DNA of 64,000 nt, taken from Octopus sinensis (lineage: Eukaryota). Made by a program: the position numbers and the translations under genes. Below, piece by piece: positions 12,725-27,484 of this stretch. The notes under the pieces were generated by a model that saw only the letters and a program-made list of their open reading frames with translations, ran no database searches and was not told the DNA's origin. Position 1 is the stretch's first letter. Each line of letters opens with the position of its first letter. The stretch covers positions 72,292,001-72,356,000 of the forward strand of contig NC_043008.1 of NCBI RefSeq assembly GCF_006345805.1, read 5' to 3'.

Positions 12725-13780
12725 ATTAAATTATTACATAGCGCAGAACTCAACTCAAAATAAGAGTATAATCGTTAACACTGTTGCTATCTTGGTAATA
12801 AGCTAACTTTTAGTATTCTTAAGTGGGTACTGAGCGAGTTAGAAAGATCAGGGAGAAAACATGGAACAATGAAGTTAATGATGTATTTAATACACACAGA
12901 TCAAGATCGATTACAGAAAGAAATCATTAACCGCTAATACTGGGAAACCAGGACCTTCTGCAAAAAGTAACTTGTAAAAATTACGAGAAGACTGTAAACT
13001 AAATAACAACTGAAAGTGTGCCATGGCTAAAGTAAAGCTAAGAATTCAATGGTTAAACAATCGCCAGAAAATCCCTAACATTTCTAATACCTGAAACATC
13101 AGAGTAGCGTGGAAATAAGCAATTAAAAATATACTCCTAGCAGCAGCAGCACAATATTTCCGGTTGAGATTGAAGGGTTCTAGATTAGAATCCGGGCACA
13201 AAACCCTGAAATGGAGAGGAGCACTGTAACAGCAGAATAGATTAAGGTTGAGAAAAAAATAATTAACACCCTGCGTCTGGTTCCTCGGTTTTATCTAAAG
13301 GGAAAATATCTAAAGGTGTGAGAGAGTTGGGGGGTTTTAAATGATGGAAAATTGCGTCAAATTTATGAAATAACGACAGAAAATAAATGTGCATCTAAAT
13401 TTCACATCAAACAAGGTATAGAACAATGACAACGGTGAATTGTCTAAAATAGGCTGTTGAACACTGACAGCGAGTTTGAAAATAAGCAGCCAGATATTTT
13501 CACCAAGGACAGCAGAGAAAGCGTAGGAGGCTTAATCAAATAATCAGCCCCAGAAGATGATAATGTATCTTTGAATAAAATGGAGGCTTTATAGCAATAT
13601 GAAGATCTAAAAATACAGATAACTAGAAAGTGGAGCTGAATAAACATAAACAACCCCCATAATACTAGTCGTGGGAATAAGTAAAAGAGGTAAATACAAA
13701 TCCATAATCAGAAAAACCAGGAATTACACAAATTGCAAAATATAGTATCAATAAGTTTATGTAGAATACTTTCAACACAG
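12725..13780 (+). mobile_element. Highly degraded R4/Dong-like LINE remnant (restriction-like endonuclease end)
   Basis: Fragments AELNSK..NTVAI..ILKWVLSELER and PDIFTKD..LIK*SAPEDDNVSLNKMEAL*QYEDLKIQITRKW resemble the RT thumb and PD-(D/E)xK tail of R4-type elements. Confidence 0.55.
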
Positions 13781-16437
13781 AGAAGATAGTAAATACAACT
13801 TTAAGGTTGCTCATAAGAAGGCACACAAATTTCACTTCATAAATGCAATGAAATTACGTGATAAAAGTACCACAACAAATAAGCCTCACCCAAGAGTGGC
13901 TCGTCTGTTATATAATAACACAACGTTGTGAAAGAGTTATTCACAGCCGAAGAAAAGTTCTTTTTCACACGATGAAGATTGTGATTGTCAAAGTGATGTT
14001 CACCAGTTTGATAGGATGAAATATTTCTCTTTTACATCTGTTCAAAATCACTATTTCGTAATTGGAGTAAGTTTCTCATTTTGGCACGACATTTAGTTTT
14101 AATTGCAAACACAAAATCATATATCAAGCCAAATGTCAAAATGCTTGTATCCAATTACAATTTTGATGTAATTACCGATAAATTTAGTAGAATTCAAATT
14201 TTCCTAATTTCATTCTTTAAATTTGCAACATATTCTCAAAGGTTTATGAAGCATTCAGATTGATAAAACATTGTTATATTAATGAAAAGAAATTCATATA
14301 TTTTTCTCTATTTGTTATTTTATTCTGTCACAGTTTTGTTTTTAAGAAACGGAGATTTTTCGTAAATGTGGGTGGATGCAGTCTTCATTAATATATTGTC
14401 TCTTTTGATCAGTCCTGGCTTTCGTATCCTAAACGTTTGGTCAAATATTTCCAAATAATTATGATTAAACAAAGAGTGATATGGACAAAGCCAACCAAAT
14501 AGTGGGATATGGACAAAAATGGGAGTAACTACTCAGACGCTGGTATCTTAGTATCTGACGAAATATAACTGCAGCTAGATAAAACTTGCTAGCACTGTAG
14601 TTATTGCTGTTGGCGGTGGTAGTGGTATGTCATAGATGTTAGCAGCGTCGTTGTTGATGATTTGTTCATGTCGTCGTCGTCGTAGTAGTAGTTGTTGTTG
14701 TTGTTGTTGTAGTAGTAGTGGTGGACGCTTTGAGGTGAGGTGGTTCTTGCTGTGGTTGTTGCTGTGGAGATTCTTGTAATGGTGGTGGCGGTGCTTAGTT
14801 GTGGTGTAGATTCAACTGAAGTAGATATATGATTCAGAAGTGAGTGATTTAACAAATGAAATCTTTCAGTTTTTTTCTCTGTCTGCGAGATATCTCATCT
14901 TTAATGTAAATAGAGTCATCGTCAAGAGCAGAGATTTGGCTGCTATCTTTAGCTGATTATCTGACTACATAGTAGCTCCTGTGAACCCATTAATGTAACA
15001 ACCACACTGCATAACATTCTAATTCCCTGTAAAATCAAGTAGCCTAATATTTAGGGTGGTCTCATCATTATTATACAATTGTACAAATACTGGATCAAGT
15101 GGTACGATGTGTCTGTGAGCAAGGCATTTCATTTCTTTTTGTTCCGATCTACTTAGATAAATGACTAACAAGTAGATGCTATTGTAAGTCTTTCTTACTG
15201 CCATCAGCTGTCATATCCTGTATGTTTTGTTGGGTCAAAAAGGTCAGGTTCGAGTGACCTAGAGTGTTTCGGTGTCTGCTCTCAAATCCATAGACACCTA
15301 AAACAACTAAGGAGAGCGCGGTACATGTTACAAAACTATGCTCGCTAGTGAGTAACGGCTAACAGTACTACACCATACTAGCAACATTGAGCTTAGGTCA
15401 TACAACAGAGCATATATTAATAACATATCAACGATCTTCCCTTGAGCATAATATCAAAGGAAATAATGAAAATGGTTTTACTAACCTCGCAGGGTTGAAC
15501 TAAAATCCTCGCACAAGATCAGTGTAACCTTGATGAAGGATCACAGATTTTTCTCTCCCAAACCAACTACAATGAACGGGAGCTGGCTACAGAGGAAGGG
15601 AAAGGATAAATTTCCTTAAAACCATTAAATCCCTCTATTGTATAAACCCTCGAGCTTTCCATGTATTAACTCTTTCACTGATCTGGGATCCGGATATGGC
15701 TCTCAGACGTTTCTTTTGATATGTTTTAGAGCCATATGAGGTTCTCACATCATCATTCACATAAAGGGATCTAACACTGGTGAGCGAATTGTTCATAATC
15801 TGCTGTGATTATTAAAAGTATGAAATATGATGTGATTCGTATTTGAAATACGGCAGGTTTCATGTATGAAATAAGAGAGGTTTCATGTAAGACATGTTTC
15901 AAAGTGAGAGCCTCAAAACGTGGAGAAGTCAATAAAGTTGGGGCAGGAATAATCATTTGTATAATGCTGACTAAAAGTGAAAATATATATTTGCAACGGA
16001 AACTATTTATCCATTAGCAAATGAACATAGAAGTTAATAAATAAACATGAAAACTCTATAAAGTATATAAATACTGAAAATGCGGAAATAAAATATGGCA
16101 AAGCAATTTGATGCATTTGACGGTCAAGTAATTTGATGCAAATTGATAATATCTATTGATTATGCTGAAATATATAGATTTAAAGTATGAAACGCGTATG
16201 AGGTTTTCAAACGCTTGACTAATAAAAATTCCTCACGCGTTTTAAGAGAGCCGTGTCTCTCAGGCTTCTATCATTCATAGATGCTTCCTTTACATAGAAA
16301 GAAACGAACAAAAGGAAATGCTCGTATTACTTACAGAGCTTAACAAAATAGGACAAACGTGAAGAGAAAAGCTTTCCAATTCATCTTCTACAGTGAAAGA
16401 GTTAAGAAACACATTGTGATATCTACGAGAAAGAATC

Positions 16438-16640
16438 CAGTGAGCTGGCAGAATCATCAGCACGCTGGGCAAAATGCTTAGCGGTATCTCGTCTGTTTTT
16501 ACGTTCTGAGTTAAAATGCCACCGTGGTCGACTCTGCTTTTCATCCTCTCAGGGTCGACAAAATAAGTACCAGTTGAGCACTGGGGTCAATGCAATCAAC
16601 TTACCTCCCCCCCTCTAACCTGCTGGTGTTGTGCTAAGAT
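16438..16640 (+). mobile_element. SINE family B
   Basis: GAGCTGGCAGAA..ACGTTCTGAGTT..GGTCGACT..CTTTTCATCCT..GGGTCGA..AAGTACCAGTT, shared with 21329 and 39830. Confidence 0.8.
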
Positions 16641-17180
16641 CTCAGAGTTTAACCACTGAAACAACTCGCCATCAATTTAATTAAAAATAGATTCACTATT
16701 CAACAATAAATATTGAAGAGAGAAGTACTTATTTCACCTCAAATTAGTTTAATTCTTGCTGTTACAATATTAATAATAACACTCATAATTATTCCTCTTG
16801 ATTTTAACAAAGAGAAATTTGTAATCAAACAAAAGTTTACTTAAAATATACAGCAACAGACATAACGGCTAGAATTGTTTGAGAAAATGTTCAAGCACTT
16901 GAAAAGACAAGTTTAAAAAGAAAGCAAATCAAATTCTAATTACACACACACACACGCATACACATACATAATACTTCCACATATATGTATGTATGTATGT
17001 GTGTGTATCTATATATATATGGATATATAGATAGAAAGATAGATATAGATAGATACGTACATATATATTTATATATAAGTTTGCGTATGTGAGTGTGTCA
17101 TGTATAAACATATACACTCATATATGTATGAAAGTATATAGCATTAACATTTGTATATGGCTGTGTGTATGCACGTATAC

Positions 17181-17263
<83 letters not shown>

Positions 17264-17394
17264 GAGTGTGTGTGTATTTGTGCGTATGTATATTGTGCAT
17301 ATAGAGAATTGAGTGAGAAGAAAGCAAAAGAGAGTAAGATCTATACACATATGTACATACTACCTACACATATATGAATACATGCATGCATGCA

Positions 17395-17518
17395 TGCATA
17401 CATACATACATACATACATACATACATACATACATACATACATACATACATACATACATACATACATACATACATACATACATACATACATACATACATA
17501 CATACATACATACATACA
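17395..17518. repeat. (TACA)n microsatellite
   Basis: Direct reading. Confidence 0.95.
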
Positions 17519-18133
17519 GATAAAACAAATCTTCACATTTTGAAACTTAGAAATGTTCAAAGATGCACTTAGATAAAAACATAAATTGAAGTGAAATATG
17601 ATGAGTGGAGATTTCAGAGGAAGACGTTTATTATAACAGCAAAAATGAAGTCCTAAATATGCAAAATGGCAAATGGTTGTGGTTCCAAGCTGTTTATTAA
17701 AACCGGATCAGTTACTGCTATGCTGAGGCTTAAAAACAATGATTATACTATCTTGTATACAACATCTCTCAAAGTCTTCCACATTTTCAATTCCATTCTC
17801 TAAACAACGTATACATTGTCTTCAAAAGAAAACCTAATCTATATCATTGGATGCAAACTAAACCCCTGGTGTTACTTCGTAGTTTTCCTTCCTTTCGAGG
17901 AATATCTAAAAATAGACTAAAGTTCTCTCTCACTTTCAACACCTGGCTGTAGACTCTACTAAGTTCGTCTGCCATTCGACAGTTTTGTTTTACTCCTGCA
18001 GGGTGTCCAACAAGAATCCATCTCCTTATCAAGCAACTCTAGATTGTTACTAGTTTAGTCGCTGATTGCTTGACCATGTGATAAGATGTACTGAATTACA
18101 TGCTTGCAGTAGCACTAAGAGTGACCTGGCACT

Positions 18134-18190
<57 letters not shown>

Positions 18191-18252
18191 TGTTATTAAG
18201 AAAAGACAACACATATATCTCATTGAAGGTCCTTCAAGACCGGTGTGATTGT

Positions 18253-18497
18253 GGAGGCGCGTGGCTTAGTGGTTAGGGTGTCAGAACAAAGATTGTAAGA
18301 TTGTGGTTTCGATTCCTGGACAGGGCGACGCGTTGTGTTCTTGAGCAAAACACTTCATTTCATGTTGCTCCTGTCCACTCAGCTGGCAAAAATGAGTAAC
18401 GCTGCGATGGACTGGCATCCCATCCAGCTGGGAAACACATACGCCATAGAAACCGGGTCCATGAGCCTGGCTAGGCTTTAAAAGGGCGCATTTATTA
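18253..18497 (+). mobile_element. tRNA-derived SINE family C (tail type X)
   Basis: A box TGGCTTAGTGG, B box GGTTTCGATTCC, family C body. Confidence 0.85.
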
Positions 18498-18502
18498 TTA
18501 GT

Positions 18503-18801
18503 GGAGGCACATGGCCTAGAGGTTAGAGCAGTGGACTCGCGGTCAAGGACCGCGGGTTCGAATCTCAGACTGGGTGATGTGTGCTTATGAGCGAAACACC
18601 TAAGCTCCACGCCGCTCCGGCAGAAGGTACTGGCGAAATTCTGCTGACTTTTTCGCCACAACTTTATCTCACTCTTTCCTCCTGCATTTAGCAGCTCACC
18701 TGCGACGGACCGGCGTCCCGTCAATGTGGGGAACCTTTACGCCAAGGAAACCGAGAAACCGGCCCTTATGAGACAGGCATGGCTCGAGAAGGAACAAACA
18801 A
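18503..18801 (+). mobile_element. tRNA-derived SINE family D (tail type X)
   Basis: A box TGGCCTAGAGG, B box GGTTCGAATC; body shared with 32637-32945; directly downstream of the family C copy. Confidence 0.85.
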
Positions 18802-19439
18802 GATTGGTATGATTGTGAATCCAGAAATCTGGTGCATGTAACAGAGTGGACTTTTTGAGGTAAACAGTCTGTGAGTTAAGTACCGTTCAAACGGGTGACT
18901 GGTTAAATCTACTACCCACTAACAGCAATCCCCGTCCTTATCCACCTTTACTGACAGCTAAAAGAAATACAATAACATGAATTCACAATAATCTGGCTAA
19001 ACTGCTTTCAAAAGATGCTGACAATCTTAGAATATTCATTCTCGCGAAATTATTCTGTCCAAGGAAATCAGAAAATGGCTTAAGATGAGCTTCATAAATA
19101 TGCACAGAAATATAAATAAATATTGAATCAAAAATTTTACATTTATTTTATTTGCTGTGAAACATTTTTTTTTTAGTCAAATTACTGAACTAATTTACAT
19201 AATTATTCTAAATAGATTATTTTTCTAATCAGTAACGTTATTCATTGTCTATTACAAGACTTGGGGGTATACATTATTCTTAGTTCTACTGCAAGATACT
19301 GAAAGAACAAATGAAAAAAACAACGCAAATTTTAAAGACATTCTGTTTGAAAAATGTGCTTCCGTTCAAAATTTCAATTATCTAGAGTACAATTCTCATT
19401 TACAACTTTGAACATAGATACATAGATTGTTCAGTATCT

Positions 19440-19684
19440 TTTTAATTGTTTCTGTCCGTATACTACGGACATGCTGAGGCACAGCCTTGGAGAAGTTTTA
19501 GTCAAATGAATTGATCTCAACACTTATTTATTTTAAGCGTGGTACTTATACTATCGTTCTCTTTTGTCGAACCGCTAGATTACGGGAACGTAAACACCAA
19601 GACCGGTTGTGAAGTATGGTGGACAAGCACAGGCACAAAGACATATACACACATTAATATATATATATACACACATATATACAT

Positions 19685-19755
<71 letters not shown>

Positions 19756-19914
19756 CATACATACATATACATATATATGTTTATATTCATATACGACGAG
19801 CTTCTTTCAGTTTACGTCTGCCTGAAGCTATGGTAGAAAACACTTGCTCAATGTACCACGCAGTGGAACTGAACCCGGAACCATATGGTTGGGAGGGAAG
19901 CATCTTACCACACA
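19440..19914 (-). mobile_element. SINE family A, degraded
   Basis: Contains GAACCGCTAG, CTTCTTTCAGTTT and CAGTGGAACTGAACCCGGAACCAT blocks. Confidence 0.7.
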
Positions 19915-20627
19915 ATCCCAGTTCGTTGCTCACACACCCTTTTCTTTGAATGTCCCTCTGACGAAGCTAGGGGTGGGGAGAAACAGGTACTTAATCTTAA
20001 ATTTCCATTTGTTTAGCACAAGAGATGATGGTTTACAGACATCTGTTTTTCACATATTTATATTTAGTTTGGTTCAATTATGTCTACTGGTGTTTCGTAT
20101 TAGGTTATTTAAAATTCAATATAATTTATTTAATTGTAGTTATCAGGAGAGAAAAAGTAGATTTTGACCTGAAAACTTTTATATGGTGGCGGCAGCTATT
20201 ATGTCTTGGCAAACCATTAATCATTGTCTGTTTGTATTTACAGGAAGAATAAGGCTGAATTCAAAGTGATTGTTACTAATGCTGACAATGCAATGTGAGC
20301 GCGAACGTTTGTTTTTGTGAATGTTTATGTCTATCATTCTTTCTAGCTTACTAACTATCGTTCTTTCCCCCTAAATAACTAAGTACTTATCTTTCAATGT
20401 ATGTATGTATGTATGTGCGTAAATATAAATATATATTGCTTTTCGGAATACATATTTATATCTACTCATATACACACACAAACATATATTTGCATATACG
20501 TATATATACGTATATGTGTATGTAAATATATATATATAAACATGTATATATATACATATATATATATATATGTGTATGTATGTATATACATATATATATA
20601 CACATATATATGTATATGTATGTATGT

Positions 20628-20661
<34 letters not shown>

Positions 20662-21029
20662 CATATATATATATATACATATCTCACTCTCCTCACTCTC
20701 ACCTTTCCTCTTCTCCCTCCCCCACCTTCTTCCCTCCCCCTCTCTCTCCCCCTCTCACCCTCACCCTCATCTCATCTCTCCCCCTCTCACCCTCACCCTC
20801 ATCTCATCTCTCCTCCCTCATCCCTCATTCCCTCTCCCCCTCATCTCCTCCCCCTCCTCCACTCTCCCCCTCATCTCTCTCTACACTACACCATACGACA
20901 TTACACATCACATCATACATACACACGTCCAGACCTTTCCTACGCACTCATACACACACGCACCCTTATGTTGGGGCGAAGTCATTTGACCCTGTTATCT
21001 CCCCTATTTTCGCTCTTGCGTCTCACGTT

Positions 21030-21267
21030 TGATCTCTGACTTCTGGCCAGAATCAGATCGCCATGTTGAATTGCTAGCTTCTGCAAGCATTTTTTTTCTC
21101 TCCTTGTTTCTCTCCGTGTTTCTTTTCTGTGTATCTTTCTGTTGAAGAGCGTAGGCTCGAAACGTAAAAGACTTGTTTTATCTATATTCCTGAGCGCTAT
21201 ACTAATACAATTGTTTTTTTGTATTCCACCTGCCTTCGTCTCTTGTTTATTTTCATAAAGCTTCCCG

Positions 21268-21270
<3 letters not shown>
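21030..21270 (+). mobile_element. Penelope-type short element family P1 with hammerhead motif at 21134-21171
   Basis: tcttt-CTGTTGA-A-GAGC gtag GCTC-GAAAC-GTA-aaaga; ends in (TA)n; paralogue at 1400-1625. Confidence 0.65.
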
Positions 21271-21312
<42 letters not shown>

Positions 21313-21328
21313 AACATACATATAGTAA

Positions 21329-21531
21329 GGCGGCGAGCTGGCAGAAACGTTAGCACACCGGGCGAAATGCGTAGCCGTATTTCGTCTGCCGCTCCGTTCT
21401 GAGTTCCAATTCTGTTGAGGTCAACTTTGCCTTTCATCCTTTCGGGGTCAATAAATTAAGTACCAGTTAATCCGTTTGTATGTCCTTGTTTGTCCCCTCT
21501 GTGTTTAGCCCCTTGTGGGTAGTAAAGACAT
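21329..21531 (+). mobile_element. SINE family B
   Basis: GGCGGCGAGCTGGCAGAAACGTTAGC..TTTGCCTTTCATCCTTTCGGGGTC..TTTAGCCCCTTGTGGG. Confidence 0.85.
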
Positions 21532-22024
21532 ATATACATGTATATACATATATTACAGATATATATATAGAGAGATAGATACATATGTATATATATATAT
21601 ATATATAATATATATATATATTATATATATATATATATAATATATATATATATACCTACATACATACATAGTTACATTCATTCATACATACACATATTGA
21701 TATCTAGTACTGGTGCGAAGGAAATTGATTTGATATAATTGTATCCTCGTGTCCAATAGGGACACTCTGCATTCACTATAGTGTTTGATAGTGTTTTTCT
21801 GTCCATGACAAACTGGAGTGAAAAGCCTTTTATAGATTCAAATACCTCGGTAAGATATTTAAACAGGTAACAAAACTGTTTACTCTGTCACCGCTTCGTA
21901 CATCCAGTCACGAATACATACGTACATACATATCTTGTGTGTATATATATGTATATGTGTGTGTGTGTGTATCTATGTAAATGTATGCATGTATTTATGT
22001 AAGTATATATATATATATATACTT

Positions 22025-22065
<41 letters not shown>

Positions 22066-22645
22066 GTGCATATACACATAGATATACATACGTTTAAGGC
22101 GCTGTAATTAATATTGAATGAGATATAGTTACGTACAGTCATATTTAGTTCCAGTACATTTGGACATGAAAAGGCAATACGCTGCACAAGTTGTCACGGG
22201 AGAAAAATTTCCCCTATATGCAATATCTGTTTTACCACACCATTAAACCAAGGATGATGTCACCGGACTGCATAAAACATGCATTTCTGCATCCTTACGC
22301 TTCATCAGCTATGTATACTGAACCTTCGTTCATGGCTTCTAAGAGCTGCTCACTCTTATATCAGAATAGCAAATGTTTATATTTGCTGACGTACGAAAAG
22401 CTTTGTCGGGCTGAAATAAATCAATAAAACTCGCACTAAGCTACTTTCATTAGAATATATTCACGTGCAATCATATTTACCGTGTTCAATGACATTCGGA
22501 CAGAAAAAGACAAAACGCTGCACAAGTTATCTCAAAATACGGATGCGTCCTACGGTCCTAATGAGTTCTTCTCTGGCGAGATATTTTAACCCGTGAAAAG
22601 CTTTTCCTGCAGTTTTTTTACGGTGACAAAATTCTCTATGTATGC

Positions 22646-22715
<70 letters not shown>

Positions 22716-23584
22716 GCCAGTTGGTCAACACCGACCCACAGTATAGTTTCGAACTCAAATCATGGAGGAAGACAACACTACGCGGAAAAAATGCGTGTTG
22801 TTCTGCAAATGAACTATCAATGTTCTATCGAGAGACTACATGTGAACCACTAAAGTTCTTCTACTTGTTTATTAAAGCAGTAAATAATGAATGGAAAATA
22901 TAATTAGTAGCATACAATGGTAATGAATAAGCCAGCTCTTCGGGAAACAATATGTCACCTTGAGATAAAAGACAACAACATCAATGTAAGAACAACGAGA
23001 ATAGCTGCAACAACAGCAACAATAATAATAACATTAACAATTACTACAATAAAGAAGAATGCAACAATAATAAACACATTGATTACAATAATAACATCTA
23101 CAACATAAATCGACTTATATTCTTATATTGATCAAATGATATTTACAAATTTTTGGAAGATATAATATAAAACTTATTTATATATGTGTGTGTTTGCGTG
23201 TGGGTGCGTATATTTGTCTGTAAATGTATGTGCATAGAGAGAGAGAGAAAGAGAGATACATATACATATATGTACTTATTTATATATGTGTGTGCAAGCG
23301 TGTATATTTGTATATAAACGTGTACGTATATACACGTATAAGTATACATATACACGTGCACATACACATACTCATAAATGCACGCAGATATGTGTGTACG
23401 TGTGTGCGTGTGTATGAGTGCGTGTGTATGCACACATTCACCTACATGGTTCTCTGAAATATTTGCCTGGGTATGTAAGAGGTGGTGGTGGTGGTGGCGT
23501 TGGTGGTTGTGGTGGTGGTGGTGGGAGTCAACAAAAAATTATTTTTAGCATAATTGCCTGTAGTTTAACATTTGATAGATCAAT

Positions 23585-23869
23585 ACTCCTACAGTAACAA
23601 TAACAACAGCGGCAACAACAATATTACCAAAACCACCGCAACCACCACCATCATTAACATCACCACCATCAACAAAAACAACCTTACCTCCACCGCCACT
23701 ATTTCTACCACTATAAAATCAACAACAGAACCACCACCGTCACCACCACCATTAAAAAATAAGACCATCACGATCCTCATCCCAACCATCACCAGTAACA
23801 CGAGGACCACCACCACGACCATGAAGGAAGAAGAAGAAGAAGAAGAAGAAGAAGAAGAAGAAGAAGAAG

Positions 23870-23913
<44 letters not shown>

Positions 23914-24060
23914 CCACCATCACCGCTCCCATCACCAAGAACAACAGTCTCAACACCATCATCATCATCTTCATCACCAATACTGGCAACATTAGCTGCA
24001 TCACCGCCATCCATACCGATACCATTATCACCAACAGCAATCACAACAACAACAAAAAAT
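23585..24060. repeat. Compound trinucleotide field (ACC/AAC/GAA/CAA/CAT)
   Basis: Pure (GAA)n(CAA)n core at about 23825-23913 with degenerate flanks. Confidence 0.9.
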
Positions 24061-26565
24061 AGCTCGTTATCATTATTTACTAAATAACTTTTCAATCCAT
24101 TTTTCTCTTTTGCATTCTTGTTCGGTGATTCTAGCAATCTGTATTGATAGAGAATTAAATATTCACATCTAACTTAAACAAATTCTTAGAAATAAGCAAA
24201 AGAAAAAACGAAAAGTATTTCATACAACAACGACAAAAGCAAAAATGAAGATAATAATATCACTACTACGAAGAGTAATAAGAGTGAGGATAGCAATAAG
24301 AATTAATTAATAAATAAATATAGAAATTTAGTTAACATTTGAAATATAATTAAATCAATATATTGTTGAATAATTATTTTTAGATTCATATTTCTAGCAA
24401 AATCTCTCTCTGTCACTCTTTCTCACCCCCTCTCTCTCTCTCATTCACTTTTTCCTTTGCTTAGACTTTCCCTCCTCCTCTCTAAATTTTACTCTCTCTT
24501 ACTCCTATTTATGATCTCCCTCCCTCTCTCTCTCTTTCTCTCTTCTCTGCTTACTCTCCCCCTCGCTCTCATTCTTTTGCATACTCCCTGCTTTCTTTTG
24601 CTAACTTTCCACCTCCATCTCTGTCTGTCTGTATGTGGGTCTCTTTCGTAGTCTCTCTTTCTCGTTTCCTTACTCTCTAATATGTTTTGCTTGCTCTCCC
24701 TTCTTTTCTCATTTGTGCTTTTGCTCTCTTCATCCTGCTCTCTTTCTTTTGTTTTCTCTTTCATTCTCTCTCTCATTTTTTCTTATTTCTAAATTTTTTC
24801 CTTTTGTATTCTGTTTTTACCTGACAGTATGTTTCTCTCTCTCCTTTCCTCTTTCTCCTTTTCTCCCTCCTCTCCCTCTTTCTATCTCTTCTTCTCTCAC
24901 TATCTAGCACTTTCTACATAGATATCATTGCCTCACTTTATACTATTTCTTACTATTTTCCCCCACTCTACTTCTCTCATAACTCTACCACACTATCATT
25001 TTATCTTTCTCCCTCTCTGTCTATCTATCTATTTTCTCTTTCTCTTTCTTTGCCTCCTTCATGTCCTATCTTAATCTCATCCTCTATTTCTTTCACTATA
25101 TTTCTCTCCCTCACTATTACATATGCACGCACACATACACACACAGTTTCTCTCTCTCTCTTTCTCTCTCTCGCCCTTTCTATCTCTTACTTTGATTTAC
25201 TCTCTCCTATTTTCACTCCCTCTTCGTTCGTTTCTTTGCCTCCCTCTGATTCTCTCTTACTCTCTATCTCTTACAATGACTATCCCATTCTCTCATTCTT
25301 TCCTACATTCATGCTCCATTTTCACCCCTGGCGCGTGCACACACACACACACAAACACACGCAAAAACACACAAACACAGGCACACGCACGCTTACACTC
25401 ACTCCCTTTCAACCTGACACACTCCACACACCCCTTAGTTACACCCCATAATCTATGATACACTCAAACTCTGTCACATATTCACACCTCCTTTCATTCT
25501 CCCAACAATCTGCACACATACACACACAAACGCACACATACCTCTGTCATTATCTATACCCTTCGATACACAGTCTCTGTTACACCAGACCATTCTTAAA
25601 GACTATCCCCCACCGCAAAAATCAGAGTTCTTTCTCAAGACATTTATTTCTCCATCACAATTATATCGATTTATCAAATACACAATTGAATTTTTCAAAC
25701 ATAAAATTACCATTCTCTTAGAAATAATTATTACGAAGAAATACCGTAAACAATATTATATTCTTTTACAATTACTGGGAAGGGGAGAGCGATAATGTCT
25801 TGTAACACGAGCACCAAACCAGATGACTCACAGTTCGGTATATATATATATATAGTTTCAACGTTTCAGTCTGAAGAAGTATTTATATATATAAGTGTAT
25901 ATATGGAGAAGCTAGATAATTAAATACCAGTGGCATAATAAGGAAGACCAGAGTCACTGTATAGTTTTTTATATTGCAACTGTTTGTAGTTTCTCTACAG
26001 AAATGATGTTCGGAATATGTGTTGACGCTTCTGTTTCATTCTTCATCAATGAAATAAATAAAAAAAAATATAGGTTGGGGTGGATAAAGTAAACCCTAGA
26101 AATACAGTAATTTGAATCAAGCATCGCATGAGAAACATCGTATTACAGTGTGTGTGACTGTATCTGTCCTTGTAAATAGTTTCTGACTTGAAATAGTAAC
26201 AGAGTTCAAGGTCGACTTTCAAGGATTCCGATTTTCAGAGTGATGAAGGAATAGAGATATTAATTATGGAACATGTGGCTGTTATACATGTGGGAAGGAG
26301 TAATGAACTAAGTATAATTTCACTTATAATTGCGATTATTGAAGTATCTTGCTTGTTGTTATTATTGTCCATTATAAATAGAGTAACAAGTGTCTGCAGA
26401 GTTGAAGAATATTAACATGGTGAATAAAGAATTTCAGTAATTGACCAGTTAATAATATTGAAACTGTAAGTCATGACCAGTATGGCTAAAGCATTGATCG
26501 CTTCGATCCTGTTTCTTGCATTGCTATTATTATTATTATTATTATATTATTATTATTATTATTAT

Positions 26566-27433
26566 TGCTTTCTATAGGGAGTTAAGGGAGGGAAAGAGCG
26601 ATGTCGCACACGGAGAGGCGCTAGGCGTCGACGAAGTAGAACTGACCAGTCTTTTCTGGATGAATTTCGAGCCGCGGACGATAGATAACTTCCAGAATTC
26701 CCTAGCTTGACAGTGCTGCCTTGGGGCACTGCCAGTTCGAGATAAACTCTATAGGCATGGAAGTACTGTCAGACGGCCCTGCCCGAGATGCACACAGAGT
26801 GAGGAAGCCATGCAGCACGCGCTCGTCCAGTGTCCGTGCTTATTGAATTATGATGAACAGCTGTTATCACAAGTAGGACGGATTAAGCTATCGGCCGAGT
26901 CCATAGTGAAGGTCGATCAGCCGCCTACCACTGGTCAGGAAAGGCAGGCACTTTTCTTCTGTCTGATAGCAGTAGCGAAAAAGGTTGAATGGTGGATCAG
27001 GTTGAAAGGACTGAAGACAGACACTTTTCTCTTCGGCCAATCTTTCATCAACTTTTTCAAATTTCACTGGGAAAGGAAGCTGAGGGTGAAGAGAGAAGTG
27101 CTGCCCTACTACCCCCACCTCCAGTACATTTGCTAAAAGGTGGGTAAATGTAGCAAAAATGGCCATTGTGAGTGGACCTACTCTGACAATGAGCTTGTAG
27201 GCTAGTGAATTTCAAAAGGAGGTGGGTGCCCTCAAACCGTCGGGTGGTTCAGGATTGGTGTGGTACCTGAGCCAAACCTAGGTGGTTACCCCTACTGGGA
27301 AACTTTCATTGTTATATTCTTCTTGTTTGATATTATTGTTATTATTTTGTGTTCTTGTTGTTTTGTGTATAACCCCCGCTATCCACGTCTACTGCATTGT
27401 TTTCTCTGTCAGCCTTGGTGGCCAATAAATGAA
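26566..27433 (+). mobile_element. L1/Tx1-like LINE 3' fragment (zf-RVT region plus 3' UTR)
   Basis: One frame reads ..FQNSLA*QCCLGALPVRDKLYRHG..CPRCTQSEEAMQHALVQCP (CCHC knuckle) ..GRIKLSAESIV..; AATAAA at about 27424 followed by an (ATT)n tail; (TAT)n also at the 5' junction. Confidence 0.75.

Positions 27434-27484
<51 letters not shown>

Noticed and set aside
20244-20294. Possible 51-nt exon (tttacag|..KNKAEFKVIVTNADNA..|gtgagc); similar candidates at 44682-44705 (+) and about 4740-4790 (-)
   Set aside because: Splice-like signals around short open frames are expected by chance in 64 kb and the peptides are not recognisable. RNA-seq would be needed; the window could still be intronic.
20680-20900. 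Irregular CT-rich tract, and the irregular TCT tract at 45017-45320
   Set aside because: The pattern suggests a poorly polished simple repeat rather than structured sequence.
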